The notes under the pieces were generated by a model. The model ran no database searches. It saw only the letters and a program-made list of their open reading frames with translations, and was not told the DNA's origin. From NCBI GenBank assembly GCA_964437465.1, contig CAYTGI010000001.1, positions 5,614-69,613 of the forward strand: a DNA stretch of 64,000 bases, read 5' to 3'. Positions 10,289 through 20,049 of this stretch are shown here, in pieces; within the stretch, counting starts at the first letter, position 1; each line of letters opens with the position of its first letter. Source of the stretch: an uncultured Candidatus Saccharibacteria bacterium (lineage in GTDB: Bacteria; Patescibacteriota; Dojkabacteria; J137). Position numbers and translations under genes: made by a program.

Positions 10289-10786
10289 ATGGTTTCAATT
10301 ATTGCAGCAATGACAGAAAAGGATAGAGTTATAGGAAAAGATCAGGATTTACCTTGGAGGTTACCAGAGGATTTAAAACGGTTTAAAAAACTCACAATAA
10401 ATCATCCGGTCATAATGGGAAGAAAGAGTTATGAAGCAATTGGTCATGCATTACCTAAAAGAGATAACATTGTTTTAACGAGACAAGAAGAATACCATCT
10501 CAATGATGCTAAGGTATTTAATACATTAGAAAAAGCTGTTAATTATGCAAAGGAAATTGATTCTGAAATATTTATTATTGGAGGAGAGGAGATTTTTAGA
10601 GAAGCATTAAATCAAGGTATTGTAGATAAGATGTATTTAACAATAATTAAACAAGACTTTGATGGAGATACTTTTTTTCCTGAGATTGACGAATCTAATT
10701 GGAAAATAAGTAGAGATGGTGAGCAAGAAAGTAAAAATAATATACTGTTTGAGTACGTAACTTATTCTAAATCTAGTCAGTTATAA
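10289..10786 (+). CDS. folA: Dihydrofolate reductase
   Basis: VIGK...LPWRLPEDL..FK, IMGRKS, IIGG and GDTFFP motifs; follows thyA. Confidence 0.97.
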   Translation: MVSIIAAMTEKDRVIGKDQDLPWRLPEDLKRFKKLTINHPVIMGRKSYEAIGHALPKRDNIVLTRQEEYHLNDAKVFNTLEKAVNYAKEIDSEIFIIGGEEIFREALNQGIVDKMYLTIIKQDFDGDTFFPEIDESNWKISRDGEQESKNNILFEYVTYSKSSQL

Positions 10787-11296
10787 TCAAATCCATTTTG
10801 ACATCATGATCTTCTGTAGGTAAATCATCAACAATCTGATCAGCAAAACAAATTCCTATTTTGTAATTAACATTGAATGCCTCAAAAAATCTATCATACC
10901 ATCCAGCACCTCGACCTAATCTTTTCCATCCTCTGTAAAAGCAACGCCGGGTGTAATAGAAACATCAATTTCTTCAGTTGGAGTGATAGGTTCTACATCA
11001 AGGTAAGCATTTTTCATTGCATCATAATGAAGATCATCGATATTCTCAAGTTTCCAAATTTTCAGGTTTTTTTTGTGAGGGATATAAACACTGTAATTAT
11101 TTTCAAGAAGGTATTCAATTATTGGTAAAGTGTCAACTTCATAATTAATGTTCATATAAACTAAAAAGCATTTATAATCATTTTCTTTAATAAATCTAAA
11201 AACTTTTTGGTGAATTAATTCAGACTTATTATCTCTATTCAATATGTTGGATCTTTTCAACTCTAGTTTTTTTCGAAGTTCAATCTTATCTTCCAT
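10773..11296 (-). pseudogene. 5-formyltetrahydrofolate cyclo-ligase with one frameshift (possibly an assembly error)
   Basis: PGVAFTEDGK then stop. Adding one A in the run at 10922-10925 restores RLGRGAGWYDRF...IGICFADQIV..LPTEDHDVKMDLII to a TAG at 10773. Confidence 0.88.
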
Positions 11297-11370
11297 TGTT
11301 TAATACTACATTAATAGTATATAAAAACAAACTTTTTTAATGATATTATGAAAATAATTATAGTATTTTT

Positions 11371-12519
11371 ATGAAGTTAGTATTTAATTCAGGATCTTCA
11401 AGCATTAAAGTAGCATTGTTTAAAGATAAAGAAAGAACGTTTGATCTTCATTTTAAAAACTATTCAGGGGAATCGTTTAGTTTAATAGTAAATAATCAGG
11501 AAGAAGTTGAAATTAATGAGAGTGACTACTCAGACTCATTTAACAAGACAATTGAAATATTGATAAATCATGGAGCTTTAGATTCTAAAGACAATTTAGA
11601 TTTCATAGCTCATAGAGTAGTACATGGTGGAGAAGAATACGATCAACCAGTTGAGATTACGGAAGAAACTATCCAGACGATCGAATCTTTTAACGACTTT
11701 GCTCCACTTCATAATCCGCTTGCTTTAGAAATAATAAAAAAAATTGCTAAGACTGATCCTAATTTGAAGCAATATGCAGTTTTTGATACTGCATTTCATA
11801 CAACCATACCAAAAAAAAATTTCTTATATGGATTACCATATGGATATTATGAAAACATAAAAGTAAGAAAGTTTGGCTTTCATGGAATTTCTTACGAATA
11901 TATTGTAAATAATGTTCCTGACTTCCCTTCTAAAGCGATAATTTGTCATCTAGGTTCTGGTTCAAGTGTTTGTGCTGTTAAGGATAAACAAAGCTTCGCA
12001 ACTTCTTTTGGATTTTCACCTGAAGAAAATTTAATTATGGCAACAAGATCGGGAGAGATAGATTACAGTGCAGTAATGTATCTTAAAAATAAATTAGCTT
12101 TGACAGATAAAGATATAACAACACTTATTAACAAGGAAAGTGGATTGCTAGGTCTTTCTGGATATACAAATAACATGGTTCAGTTGATTGAGGATTATGA
12201 TTCTAATGATAGAGCTAAGCTTGCTATAGACATGTATGTAGATAAAGTAGTTGAGTTTATAAGTAGTTTTTACGTAAAGCTTGGTGGATGTGATTTATTA
12301 GTTTTCACAGGAGGCATTGGAAGTGGTTCGGACTTTGTTAGAAAGAAAATTGGAGAGAAAATAAGAATTATAGGTCTAGGGATAGATGATACAAAAAACA
12401 ATGGCCAAATTAATATCGAAGGAAGTCTCGATATTTCAATAAATGATAATAGAGTACTAGCCGTTAAGACTAATGAAGAGCTTCATATTATCAATCAGGT
12501 AAGTAATACCATTGATTAA
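11371..12519 (+). CDS. ackA: Acetate kinase
   Basis: NSGSSSIK, HRVVHGG, APLHNP, FDTAFH, GFHGIS, HLGSG.S, FTGGIG and TNEE motifs. Confidence 0.95.
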   Translation: MKLVFNSGSSSIKVALFKDKERTFDLHFKNYSGESFSLIVNNQEEVEINESDYSDSFNKTIEILINHGALDSKDNLDFIAHRVVHGGEEYDQPVEITEETIQTIESFNDFAPLHNPLALEIIKKIAKTDPNLKQYAVFDTAFHTTIPKKNFLYGLPYGYYENIKVRKFGFHGISYEYIVNNVPDFPSKAIICHLGSGSSVCAVKDKQSFATSFGFSPEENLIMATRSGEIDYSAVMYLKNKLALTDKDITTLINKESGLLGLSGYTNNMVQLIEDYDSNDRAKLAIDMYVDKVVEFISSFYVKLGGCDLLVFTGGIGSGSDFVRKKIGEKIRIIGLGIDDTKNNGQINIEGSLDISINDNRVLAVKTNEELHIINQVSNTID

Positions 12520-12570
12520 TCTATAATTTAGGCGTATAATATATAGCTTTTATATAACAATACGCTTGAA

Positions 12571-15264
12571 TTGAAAAAAGATTCAATAATAACAAAATTA
12601 AGTGTTTTCTCTGTAAGGAATTTTAGGCTAACTATTTTAGCCTTCATTTCTATAATTTTATTAGGTAGTATAGCCTATACTAGTTTACTTCCTAGACAAG
12701 GATTTCCTGAATTAGAATTTCCTACAGCTTTTATACAAACAATATATCCTGTTCAGGATGCTGAGCGTGTTGACGATGAAATAACTCTGCCAATAATATC
12801 TGAGCTAAATAGTTTTGAGAGTATTGAATCAGCGGATTCTACATCTTCTAGTAACTTCAGTTTTATTATCATCTCTTTTGAGACCGGTACTAATGTTGAA
12901 GAGGAGGTAGACAAGATTAATGAAGCAATATTATTAGCTGGACTTCCGGAGCAAGTTGAGCCTGAAGTTATTGGATTAAAAGCTAACGCTATTGATGGGG
13001 AGAATGATTTAATTTTAGGAGTTGTAAATGGAAATAATGCGGATTTATTAAAACTGCAAGAAGTCGCTTTGGAAATGACAAACGAGCTTAAAACGTTAGA
13101 TACAGTTCAAAACTCAAATCCAATAAATCAGTTTGAAGAAGTGTTTAATCCAATTACTAACCAATCAGAGCTTACAAAGCTTTCCTTCAATAGATACGGT
13201 GAGAAAAAGAACGGTGAGATTTTAACAAAAGAAACAGTATTGATTGGAGTTCAAAAAGAAGATCAATTTACAACTACGGAACTTTCAGAAGAAGTAAGAA
13301 ACAAAATGGAATCTATAAATGACTCAGAAGAATTTAATGATTTTGAAATAGTTACAATTTATGATGAAGCTGAAGGTTTAGATGAACAGATCTCTTCTTT
13401 GGAAAATAATGCACTTTCGGCACTAATAATTGTTGCAATTACTTTGTTTTTATTTGTTAGTTGGAGAGCATCAATTGTTGCTGTAATCTTTATTCCTACT
13501 GTTATGGCGGCTACATTCCTAACTCTGTTGTTAATTGGAGTTTCTTTGAATGTAATTTCACTTTTTGCACTAATTCTTGTTCTTGGGTTATTAGTTGATG
13601 ATGCAATTGTAATTGTTGAAAGTATAGATTATTACAAAAGAAACGGATTTAAAGGTATTAGCGCTATTAAAGAAGCGATTAATGATGTTGGTAAAGCTGA
13701 CATAATAGGTACAGTAACTACTTTAATGGCATTCTTCCCAATGCTTTTTATAATCGGATTTTTAGGAGAAATTATTAGAGATGTTCCAATTACAGTTATA
13801 GTAACACTTATTTGGTCACTATTTATAGCTTTAACAATTATTCCTCTATTTTCAAATTTTATAATTCCAAGTAGGGATGAGAATCAAAAAAGATCAATTA
13901 TTTACTGGATACTAAACATTTTTAATGAGGTAGTAATTTTCTATGGAAAAATAACTGCATTTATAGTGAGAATCTATACATCAAGATGGTATTTAAACAT
14001 AATAGTTGTTCTTTTTAGCCTTGGTCTTATAGGGGCTGGTGGATACTTTGCATCACAGCTACAGTTTGTTGATTTTCCTGCACAAAAAGATTCAAATTCA
14101 ATCATGGTTAACTTCAGTTTTGATAACGATTTAACTATTTATGAGAAGGAGGAAATTGCAATTTTTGTTGAGGATACTATAATTGAGAATTATGAAGATC
14201 TTGTAGAAGAAATAAAGTATCCTCAAGTTGGAAGAGATTTTACAGGTAGTGATGTTGCAATAATGATGGTTGAGTTAGAATCACTACTAACTAGGTCTGA
14301 GACTTCTGTTGAAATTTCAGAAGACATAACCAAAAAGCTAGGAGAGATTGAAGGTGCAAGTGTAGATGTAGTTTCAAGTTCTAATGGAGGTCCTCCTTCT
14401 CTAGAATATCAATCACAAATTCAGCTTTATGGAAACAATGTAGAAGATTTAGAAAATGCAGCTAATGAAATTGAAGAATTTATATCTAATATTGAATTTG
14501 AAACTGAAGTTGAAGTAGTTGATACAAGAATAAGTAACTTAGATCTAATAGTAAGAAATGACGGTAGAAGATACGTTTTGATAGAATCTAAGCTTGAGGG
14601 TGAGGTTGATGATGCTCAGGTAAGGCTTATTGCTGATGAAGTAAAGAGTGAATTTGATGGGGATAAGTTAGATAGTTTAGGATTGTCAGATGATGCTATT
14701 GGAGATGATAGAGGATTTGCTAGTGAGATATTTGAATCTGTAATTTCAGCAGGAGTAGCTTTACTAGGTTCATTTGTCCTAATTTATCTATTTTTAGTTA
14801 TAACATTTAACTCATTCTCAAGAGCTTTATTGATTATGCTTTCGATTCCGTTTAGTTTTTTTGGCTTATTTGTAGGATTAAATCTTACTAATAACCCAAT
14901 TAGCTTTTTTGTAATAATCGGAATGATTGCTCTTGTAGGAATTGTAGTAAATAATTCTGTAATGTTACTAGATTTTGCTATTCAAGCAAGAAGTGAAGGT
15001 AAGAATATCTCTGAATCAATTGTTGAAGCGGTTAAGCTTAGATTTAGGCCATTGTTAACTACCTCTGCAACAACAATACTAGGTTCAATTCCTCTAGCCT
15101 TAACAGATCCTTTCTGGGAATCATTAGCTTTTGCAATCATCTTTGGGCTACTTTCAAGTACAATTCTAGTAATTACTGCTTTCCCTGCTTACTATGTACT
15201 TTTTGAACAGATTAGAAAGTTTATAAAAGGTTATATCTTTAGAATAAAAGAGTATAGAAACTAG
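12571..15264 (+). CDS. RND-family efflux permease (short form)
   Basis: GLLVDDAIVIVE, GIVVNNS and RFRPLLTT motifs; duplicated TM plus extracytoplasmic architecture; TTG start. Confidence 0.9.
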   Translation: MKKDSIITKLSVFSVRNFRLTILAFISIILLGSIAYTSLLPRQGFPELEFPTAFIQTIYPVQDAERVDDEITLPIISELNSFESIESADSTSSSNFSFIIISFETGTNVEEEVDKINEAILLAGLPEQVEPEVIGLKANAIDGENDLILGVVNGNNADLLKLQEVALEMTNELKTLDTVQNSNPINQFEEVFNPITNQSELTKLSFNRYGEKKNGEILTKETVLIGVQKEDQFTTTELSEEVRNKMESINDSEEFNDFEIVTIYDEAEGLDEQISSLENNALSALIIVAITLFLFVSWRASIVAVIFIPTVMAATFLTLLLIGVSLNVISLFALILVLGLLVDDAIVIVESIDYYKRNGFKGISAIKEAINDVGKADIIGTVTTLMAFFPMLFIIGFLGEIIRDVPITVIVTLIWSLFIALTIIPLFSNFIIPSRDENQKRSIIYWILNIFNEVVIFYGKITAFIVRIYTSRWYLNIIVVLFSLGLIGAGGYFASQLQFVDFPAQKDSNSIMVNFSFDNDLTIYEKEEIAIFVEDTIIENYEDLVEEIKYPQVGRDFTGSDVAIMMVELESLLTRSETSVEISEDITKKLGEIEGASVDVVSSSNGGPPSLEYQSQIQLYGNNVEDLENAANEIEEFISNIEFETEVEVVDTRISNLDLIVRNDGRRYVLIESKLEGEVDDAQVRLIADEVKSEFDGDKLDSLGLSDDAIGDDRGFASEIFESVISAGVALLGSFVLIYLFLVITFNSFSRALLIMLSIPFSFFGLFVGLNLTNNPISFFVIIGMIALVGIVVNNSVMLLDFAIQARSEGKNISESIVEAVKLRFRPLLTTSATTILGSIPLALTDPFWESLAFAIIFGLLSSTILVITAFPAYYVLFEQIRKFIKGYIFRIKEYRN

Positions 15265-15322
15265 TTTCTTGCTTGAGAATTATCTATTTATAAGTTAAAA
15301 ATAGTTAGTTAAAACCATTTTT

Positions 15323-15676
15323 ATGACTTTCGAAGAATTAGTTTCAGCAGATATTAAAGAATTAGAAAATAAAGTTTTAGAAGAAGAAGAACTTGAAAAG
15401 CTAATGGAGAATTTTGAGTTTTGGGGACTTGATGACGGAAAGTTAGTAACTAATTTTGAGATGAGTAATTTTGAGGAGGCTTTGAGACTAGTTAATCTAG
15501 TGGGAGATATTGCAGAGAGAGAGGGACATCATCCAGACATAACACTTTATGATTACAAAAATGTTCTAGTTACATTTTTTACTCATGATGTTGATGGTAT
15601 TACTCTTAAAGACCTTGCAATGGCTGCAAAGATAGAGAATGAATTTAATGAGAAAACTGAATCGATAGAAAAATGA
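15323..15676 (+). CDS. Pterin-4a-carbinolamine dehydratase family protein
   Basis: AEREGHHPDI, THDVDGIT.KD...A motifs. Confidence 0.9.
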   Translation: MTFEELVSADIKELENKVLEEEELEKLMENFEFWGLDDGKLVTNFEMSNFEEALRLVNLVGDIAEREGHHPDITLYDYKNVLVTFFTHDVDGITLKDLAMAAKIENEFNEKTESIEK

Positions 15677-16185
15677 ATCCAATCACTTTATTCTTTACAG
15701 GTTTAGTTATCTTTTTTTGTATTCTTTTTTTCTTTTACAGAAAAGTAATAATTGCAACTCAAGTATTGATTACAATTTTCTTTTTTTTGGGGATTTTTGG
15801 AATATTAAGTGCAGTATTTATACCTAGCTTGTACTCGAAAGTTGTTGAAAATACATTTCAAGAAAACTTTTTTGGCAGACAGCTTCAATATACTGATAAT
15901 ACTCTAACCACAATTGGTGAGATTCCTGATGGTGTTATTGATTCAATAGAAGGAATTTTCGGAAAAAATGATAGAGATGGTAAATTTCAGTCAAACCTAT
16001 ATTCTTCTTTTGTTTCTTTACTTTCAAGTATATTAAGAGGAATAATCTTATTGTTTTCAGTTTTCTTACTAATATTTTCTACATACTTTAGATATTCTTT
16101 TGCTGGACTTCGAGAATACAATAAACTTCAAAAAAGAGTAGAGAAGTTAGAAAAGGATCTTGGTGACTATCACGATAAGGATTGA
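15673..16185 (+). CDS. Hypothetical membrane protein
   Basis: Three hydrophobic segments and a C-terminal coiled coil. Confidence 0.65.
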   Translation: MNPITLFFTGLVIFFCILFFFYRKVIIATQVLITIFFFLGIFGILSAVFIPSLYSKVVENTFQENFFGRQLQYTDNTLTTIGEIPDGVIDSIEGIFGKNDRDGKFQSNLYSSFVSLLSSILRGIILLFSVFLLIFSTYFRYSFAGLREYNKLQKRVEKLEKDLGDYHDKD

Positions 16186-16292
16186 TACTGTCATTACCTT
16201 TTGCCAATAATAGATACAGCCCTTCACTCTAGTCAGTATTGACAATCACTGATATACTGAATTTGTTGTAAAAAATCGATGACAAATTCAAA

Positions 16293-17474
16293 GTGAAAAC
16301 AACATACTTTTACAAAGATCTTCCATATATTGAAGATTTTAAAGATATAACTAATGAGCGACTTTTTAAAGATGCTCCAGCCGACTGGTACGTTGTTGTG
16401 TCAGATGTACAAGGTTCGACTATTGCAATTGATGAAGGTAGATATCATGACGTTAATTTTGTAGCAGCTTGTGCTACAACAGCAGTTCTAAATATTGATA
16501 AAAATACTGAATTTCCATTTGTTTTTGGAGGTGATGGATCAGCAATCTTAATACCACCAGAATATACTGAAAAAGCATCTGAAGTATTGAAGGATACTCA
16601 AAAATTCGCAAAAAATCATTTTCAACTTCATTTACGTGTTGGATTAGTTCCAGTTATAGATATTCTTAGAAGTCGACACAAAATTAAAATTGTAAAATTA
16701 AAAGTTTCGGATAATTACTTCCAAGCTGTATTTCATGGTGGGGGGTTAGACCATGCTGAATATCTAGTGAAAAACAATCCTAAATATCAAGTTAAAAAAA
16801 TCAAGATAAAGTCTAAAGCTGATTTCTCAGGATTAAAATGTATATGGCAAGATATCCCTAGTAAAAAAGAGGAGATTGTGAGCCTTTTAATAAAAGCTAA
16901 TCCAGTTTATGAGAATGAAACAAAGATTTATAGCGAAGTTATGAAAGAAATTCAGGATATTTATGGTGAAAAAAATGAAAGATTTCCTGTTAAAGAAGGA
17001 TCAATAAGAATTACCTCAAATAATAAAAAAATATATTTAGAATCGTTAATTGAATCTTATCAATATAAGAAAAATTTGAGAGAAACCTTTATAAGAAACT
17101 ATATCTCGAGCGTCAAAGATGCTGTTATTTCATTTTTTAAACGAGGTTGGAATTCATTAACTTTCAGTGCATATAAGAATACTTTCATTAATGCGATAGA
17201 TTCTGAAAAATTTGACGACATGTTAAGAATGGTTATAGCTGGGACATCTGCTCAAAGGCATAGGTTAGTTGGTTATCTTGAAGAAAAGTACCAAAATGGG
17301 GAGTTAGCTTACGGAGTTCACTCAACTTCAAGCGTTCATATGACATGTTTAATAATTGAAAGAAAAGGAAAGCAAGTCCACTTCATAGACGGCTCAAACG
17401 GAGGCTATACTCAAGCTGCTAAGGAGCTAAAGAACAGAGTCAAGTGGCAAAAGATTTATATGCAGACTTATTAG
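16293..17474 (+). CDS. DUF3095 family protein
   Basis: P.DW.VV.SDV.GST.AI..GRY..VN, PFVFGGDG, GGGL, GL.C.W, KFDD.LRM and HFIDG..GGY motifs. Confidence 0.85.
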   Translation: MKTTYFYKDLPYIEDFKDITNERLFKDAPADWYVVVSDVQGSTIAIDEGRYHDVNFVAACATTAVLNIDKNTEFPFVFGGDGSAILIPPEYTEKASEVLKDTQKFAKNHFQLHLRVGLVPVIDILRSRHKIKIVKLKVSDNYFQAVFHGGGLDHAEYLVKNNPKYQVKKIKIKSKADFSGLKCIWQDIPSKKEEIVSLLIKANPVYENETKIYSEVMKEIQDIYGEKNERFPVKEGSIRITSNNKKIYLESLIESYQYKKNLRETFIRNYISSVKDAVISFFKRGWNSLTFSAYKNTFINAIDSEKFDDMLRMVIAGTSAQRHRLVGYLEEKYQNGELAYGVHSTSSVHMTCLIIERKGKQVHFIDGSNGGYTQAAKELKNRVKWQKIYMQTY

Positions 17475-17563
17475 CTAATATCCTTATATAACAAGCAATT
17501 TCAAGCCTCAATAAGTAGGTTCAAACTTTCTATTTTAATATAATAATGATATAATATGTATAT

Positions 17564-18172
17564 ATGAAAAACACATTTAAGGCATATATATCTCTTATAA
17601 TTGTTCTTATAATCGGAGCTATATCATACTTGTCTGCAGTTTTATTATACACAACACCAGTAAAAGCTACATCTACTCCAATTACTATTCAAAATCCAAG
17701 TAGTGGAGCTAATCTAAACGTTCTGCCTTACAAAGATGTTATTGTGCAAACTTGTACAGGAAACTGGCTTTATATTGACTCAATTGGAAAAAGAATAGAA
17801 TTATCCTATGAAACAGTTACATCTTGGAAATACGAGAGTGATCCAGCGATTTTGAGCGAGACCTTAAACAATAAGAATACCGTGCTTTTAGGACATAACT
17901 ACTGTGAAGGAGGGAATTGTTATAAACCAACAACTGACTTTGGAATGATAATTAATGTAAAACAAGGAGATAAAGCTATGGCATGTGTTGATGGAAACCT
18001 ATACAAAGGTGAAATATTAGTATCAAGACAGATTGATGAAACTGCAACATATATCCTTAGTGATTGGTTAAACCAACCTACAATTACAGCATTTACCTGT
18101 TACGGAGAATGTAAAGATGAAAAATGTGAGACAGTTAGGAGTAGATGGGTAATTGCTTTCAATAAATTCTAA
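17564..18172 (+). CDS. Membrane-anchored sortase-fold protein
   Basis: N-terminal TM segment; LLGHN, ITAFTC and RWVI give a His/Cys/Arg triad with sortase spacing. Confidence 0.6.
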   Translation: MKNTFKAYISLIIVLIIGAISYLSAVLLYTTPVKATSTPITIQNPSSGANLNVLPYKDVIVQTCTGNWLYIDSIGKRIELSYETVTSWKYESDPAILSETLNNKNTVLLGHNYCEGGNCYKPTTDFGMIINVKQGDKAMACVDGNLYKGEILVSRQIDETATYILSDWLNQPTITAFTCYGECKDEKCETVRSRWVIAFNKF

Positions 18173-18537
18173 GCTTCTGGATTAACAAATTTGAAGACGT
18201 GGTTCCAAAAAGCACTAGCCTTTTTAAATCCCATTGCATATGCATCACTGCCTTCATCCTTGTAAGTACTAAGAACAATTGAATTAAGACTTGATATGAT
18301 TTCATCATTTTGAAGCTGAGATGACAGCCTGCCTGTAGATAGTGATTGATCACCTTCATAGTTGGTTGCGTGGAAAATAACTCTTTCTACTACAATTTTT
18401 AAATGAGGTACATTAAACTTATCTAAGAGTTCATCAATGGTACTAGCCTCTACATCTCTAAATTCTGTAGGGATTATTGCTTCATAAATTGTAGAAGCTT
18501 CCTTTTCAAAAACCTTTTTACCATCTGCATTACTCAT
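18169..18537 (-). CDS. Hypothetical protein
   Basis: 122-aa ORF coupled to the upstream membrane protein gene. Confidence 0.6.
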   Translation of the reverse strand: MSNADGKKVFEKEASTIYEAIIPTEFRDVEASTIDELLDKFNVPHLKIVVERVIFHATNYEGDQSLSTGRLSSQLQNDEIISSLNSIVLSTYKDEGSDAYAMGFKKASAFWNHVFKFVNPEA

Positions 18538-18538
18538 T

Positions 18539-19429
18539 TTAATACTTTTCGTAATCTTTAGCTTTAACGAAAGAGTTAAATATAAAGCTGACTAAAATTC
18601 CAATTGTTAAGGCTAATACAGTTAGAAATAAGTCAAACGGTCTATCTACAGTTAGGGAGAATCTAATGAAAATTGTAGAGATAATAAAAGCAGCATTTCT
18701 AAATATCTGTTCATATCTATCCATAAATAAGTAGGAAAGTAATACTAATAAGATATCTGTAAAAATCATTACAGTGAATAGGTCTTGGAAGAATAGTTGT
18801 TGTAAATCAAAAAGATCTGTTGGTATTCCATTTATTAAATCACTTAGCCATCTTATTAAGTAAGTAAAAGCAAATAATATTAAGATTGCGCTTAAACCTA
18901 ACGAAATTCCTTTTTTTATTTTCTGAAATTTTTGGAGATTCTTTTTATTTTCTATCTCATCCTCTTCGTTACGATTTTTTATCGTTCTGTAGAAAACAGT
19001 TACAAGAGCAAATAAAATAATTCCAAAGGTTATGTCTAGCATTATATTTGTGAAAACCTCAGAGTTAAAAGCAAAACTAGCGACTTCATCTAAGTTTGAG
19101 CCATCTTTAAAAACTCTCCATATGACAATTAAGGATATTATTTCATATTGAATTGCTAATGATTTAGACATTGATTTAGGAATAGAAAGTATTAGTAAAA
19201 ATACCTCAAAGAATAGAATCACAGAAAAAGGTGTAAAAATAGCTGATATATAGCTACTATTTGCGTTATCTATTATGTCAATTCCGGTAGTAAACGTATT
19301 TCCTATAAAGATTAGAAATAAATGAAGACAAAATGCAAAAATTGCAAAGTAAACAGTAAAGTGTTCAAAGTGTTTTATATTTTTTTCACAGAAAATACTA
19401 TTATATAGTCCAGGTAATTTTTTTATCAT
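18539..19429 (-). CDS. Multi-pass membrane protein
   Basis: About 8 TM segments; AI.TPFS.ILF.EV and FRNAAFIIST..IR motifs. Confidence 0.75.
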   Translation of the reverse strand: MIKKLPGLYNSIFCEKNIKHFEHFTVYFAIFAFCLHLFLIFIGNTFTTGIDIIDNANSSYISAIFTPFSVILFFEVFLLILSIPKSMSKSLAIQYEIISLIVIWRVFKDGSNLDEVASFAFNSEVFTNIMLDITFGIILFALVTVFYRTIKNRNEEDEIENKKNLQKFQKIKKGISLGLSAILILFAFTYLIRWLSDLINGIPTDLFDLQQLFFQDLFTVMIFTDILLVLLSYLFMDRYEQIFRNAAFIISTIFIRFSLTVDRPFDLFLTVLALTIGILVSFIFNSFVKAKDYEKY

Positions 19430-19480
19430 TTGATTAATCTATTCATTAAATGTACCATCAGAGTATACCATTAAGAATTT

Positions 19481-19687
19481 ATGATTGATTCTATATTCGT
19501 TGCCGACTTATTTGAACTGACAGGAGGTATTCTTATCGCATATACAGTTATTGCAGTTCATCATAGAATTCTTCACGACAAAAAGGTTGATAAAGAAGTC
19601 CTAAAAGTAATGAAGAATGAGCAAGTCCTTGCAGGATTTGGTATTTTGCTACTTATCATTGGTTTTATTGTTAGGTACTTTGTTTAA
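19481..19687 (+). CDS. Small two-TM membrane protein
   Basis: 68-aa ORF with two hydrophobic segments around VHHRI..D..VD. Confidence 0.65.
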   Translation: MIDSIFVADLFELTGGILIAYTVIAVHHRILHDKKVDKEVLKVMKNEQVLAGFGILLLIIGFIVRYFV

Positions 19688-19689
19688 TT

Positions 19690-19935
19690 TTATGCTTCTG
19701 CAACTTCTACCCTAATTTTGTAGAAATACCTATAATTTTCAACTTTAATATGCTCAAGTCCATCAGCTATTTCAACTCCTCTAAAACTTACATCAAACAC
19801 TAAAGGATTAGAATGAAGTTCTCTAATTTTTCTACCATGCTCTGATACAGGTCCAATCTCTTCTCGTGATACATAGCTGGTTCCACTTTCATCATGCTCA
19901 ATAGCATTAGCACCATTAACTAGGGTTTCTGACAT
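19690..19935 (-). CDS. Hypothetical protein (start probably ATG 19935)
   Basis: MSETLVNG... 81 aa; the ORF-track start at 19974 is an alternative. Confidence 0.5.
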   Translation of the reverse strand: MSETLVNGANAIEHDESGTSYVSREEIGPVSEHGRKIRELHSNPLVFDVSFRGVEIADGLEHIKVENYRYFYKIRVEVAEA

Positions 19936-20049
19936 GTCGCCATTAATAAAAAACAAACCTAAGAATCGTAACATTTTTTACAATAATTGCAAACTTAATT
20001 TGCTAATTTTTATTAGGAAATGTAATCTTATTTTAGTTACCCAATTTAA

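Noticed and set aside
16233-16260. Inverted repeat TCAGTAT-N14-ATACTGA with TTGACA upstream of DUF3095
   Set aside because: Only 7-bp arms in AT-rich DNA, and no properly spaced -10 box; insufficient to call an operator.
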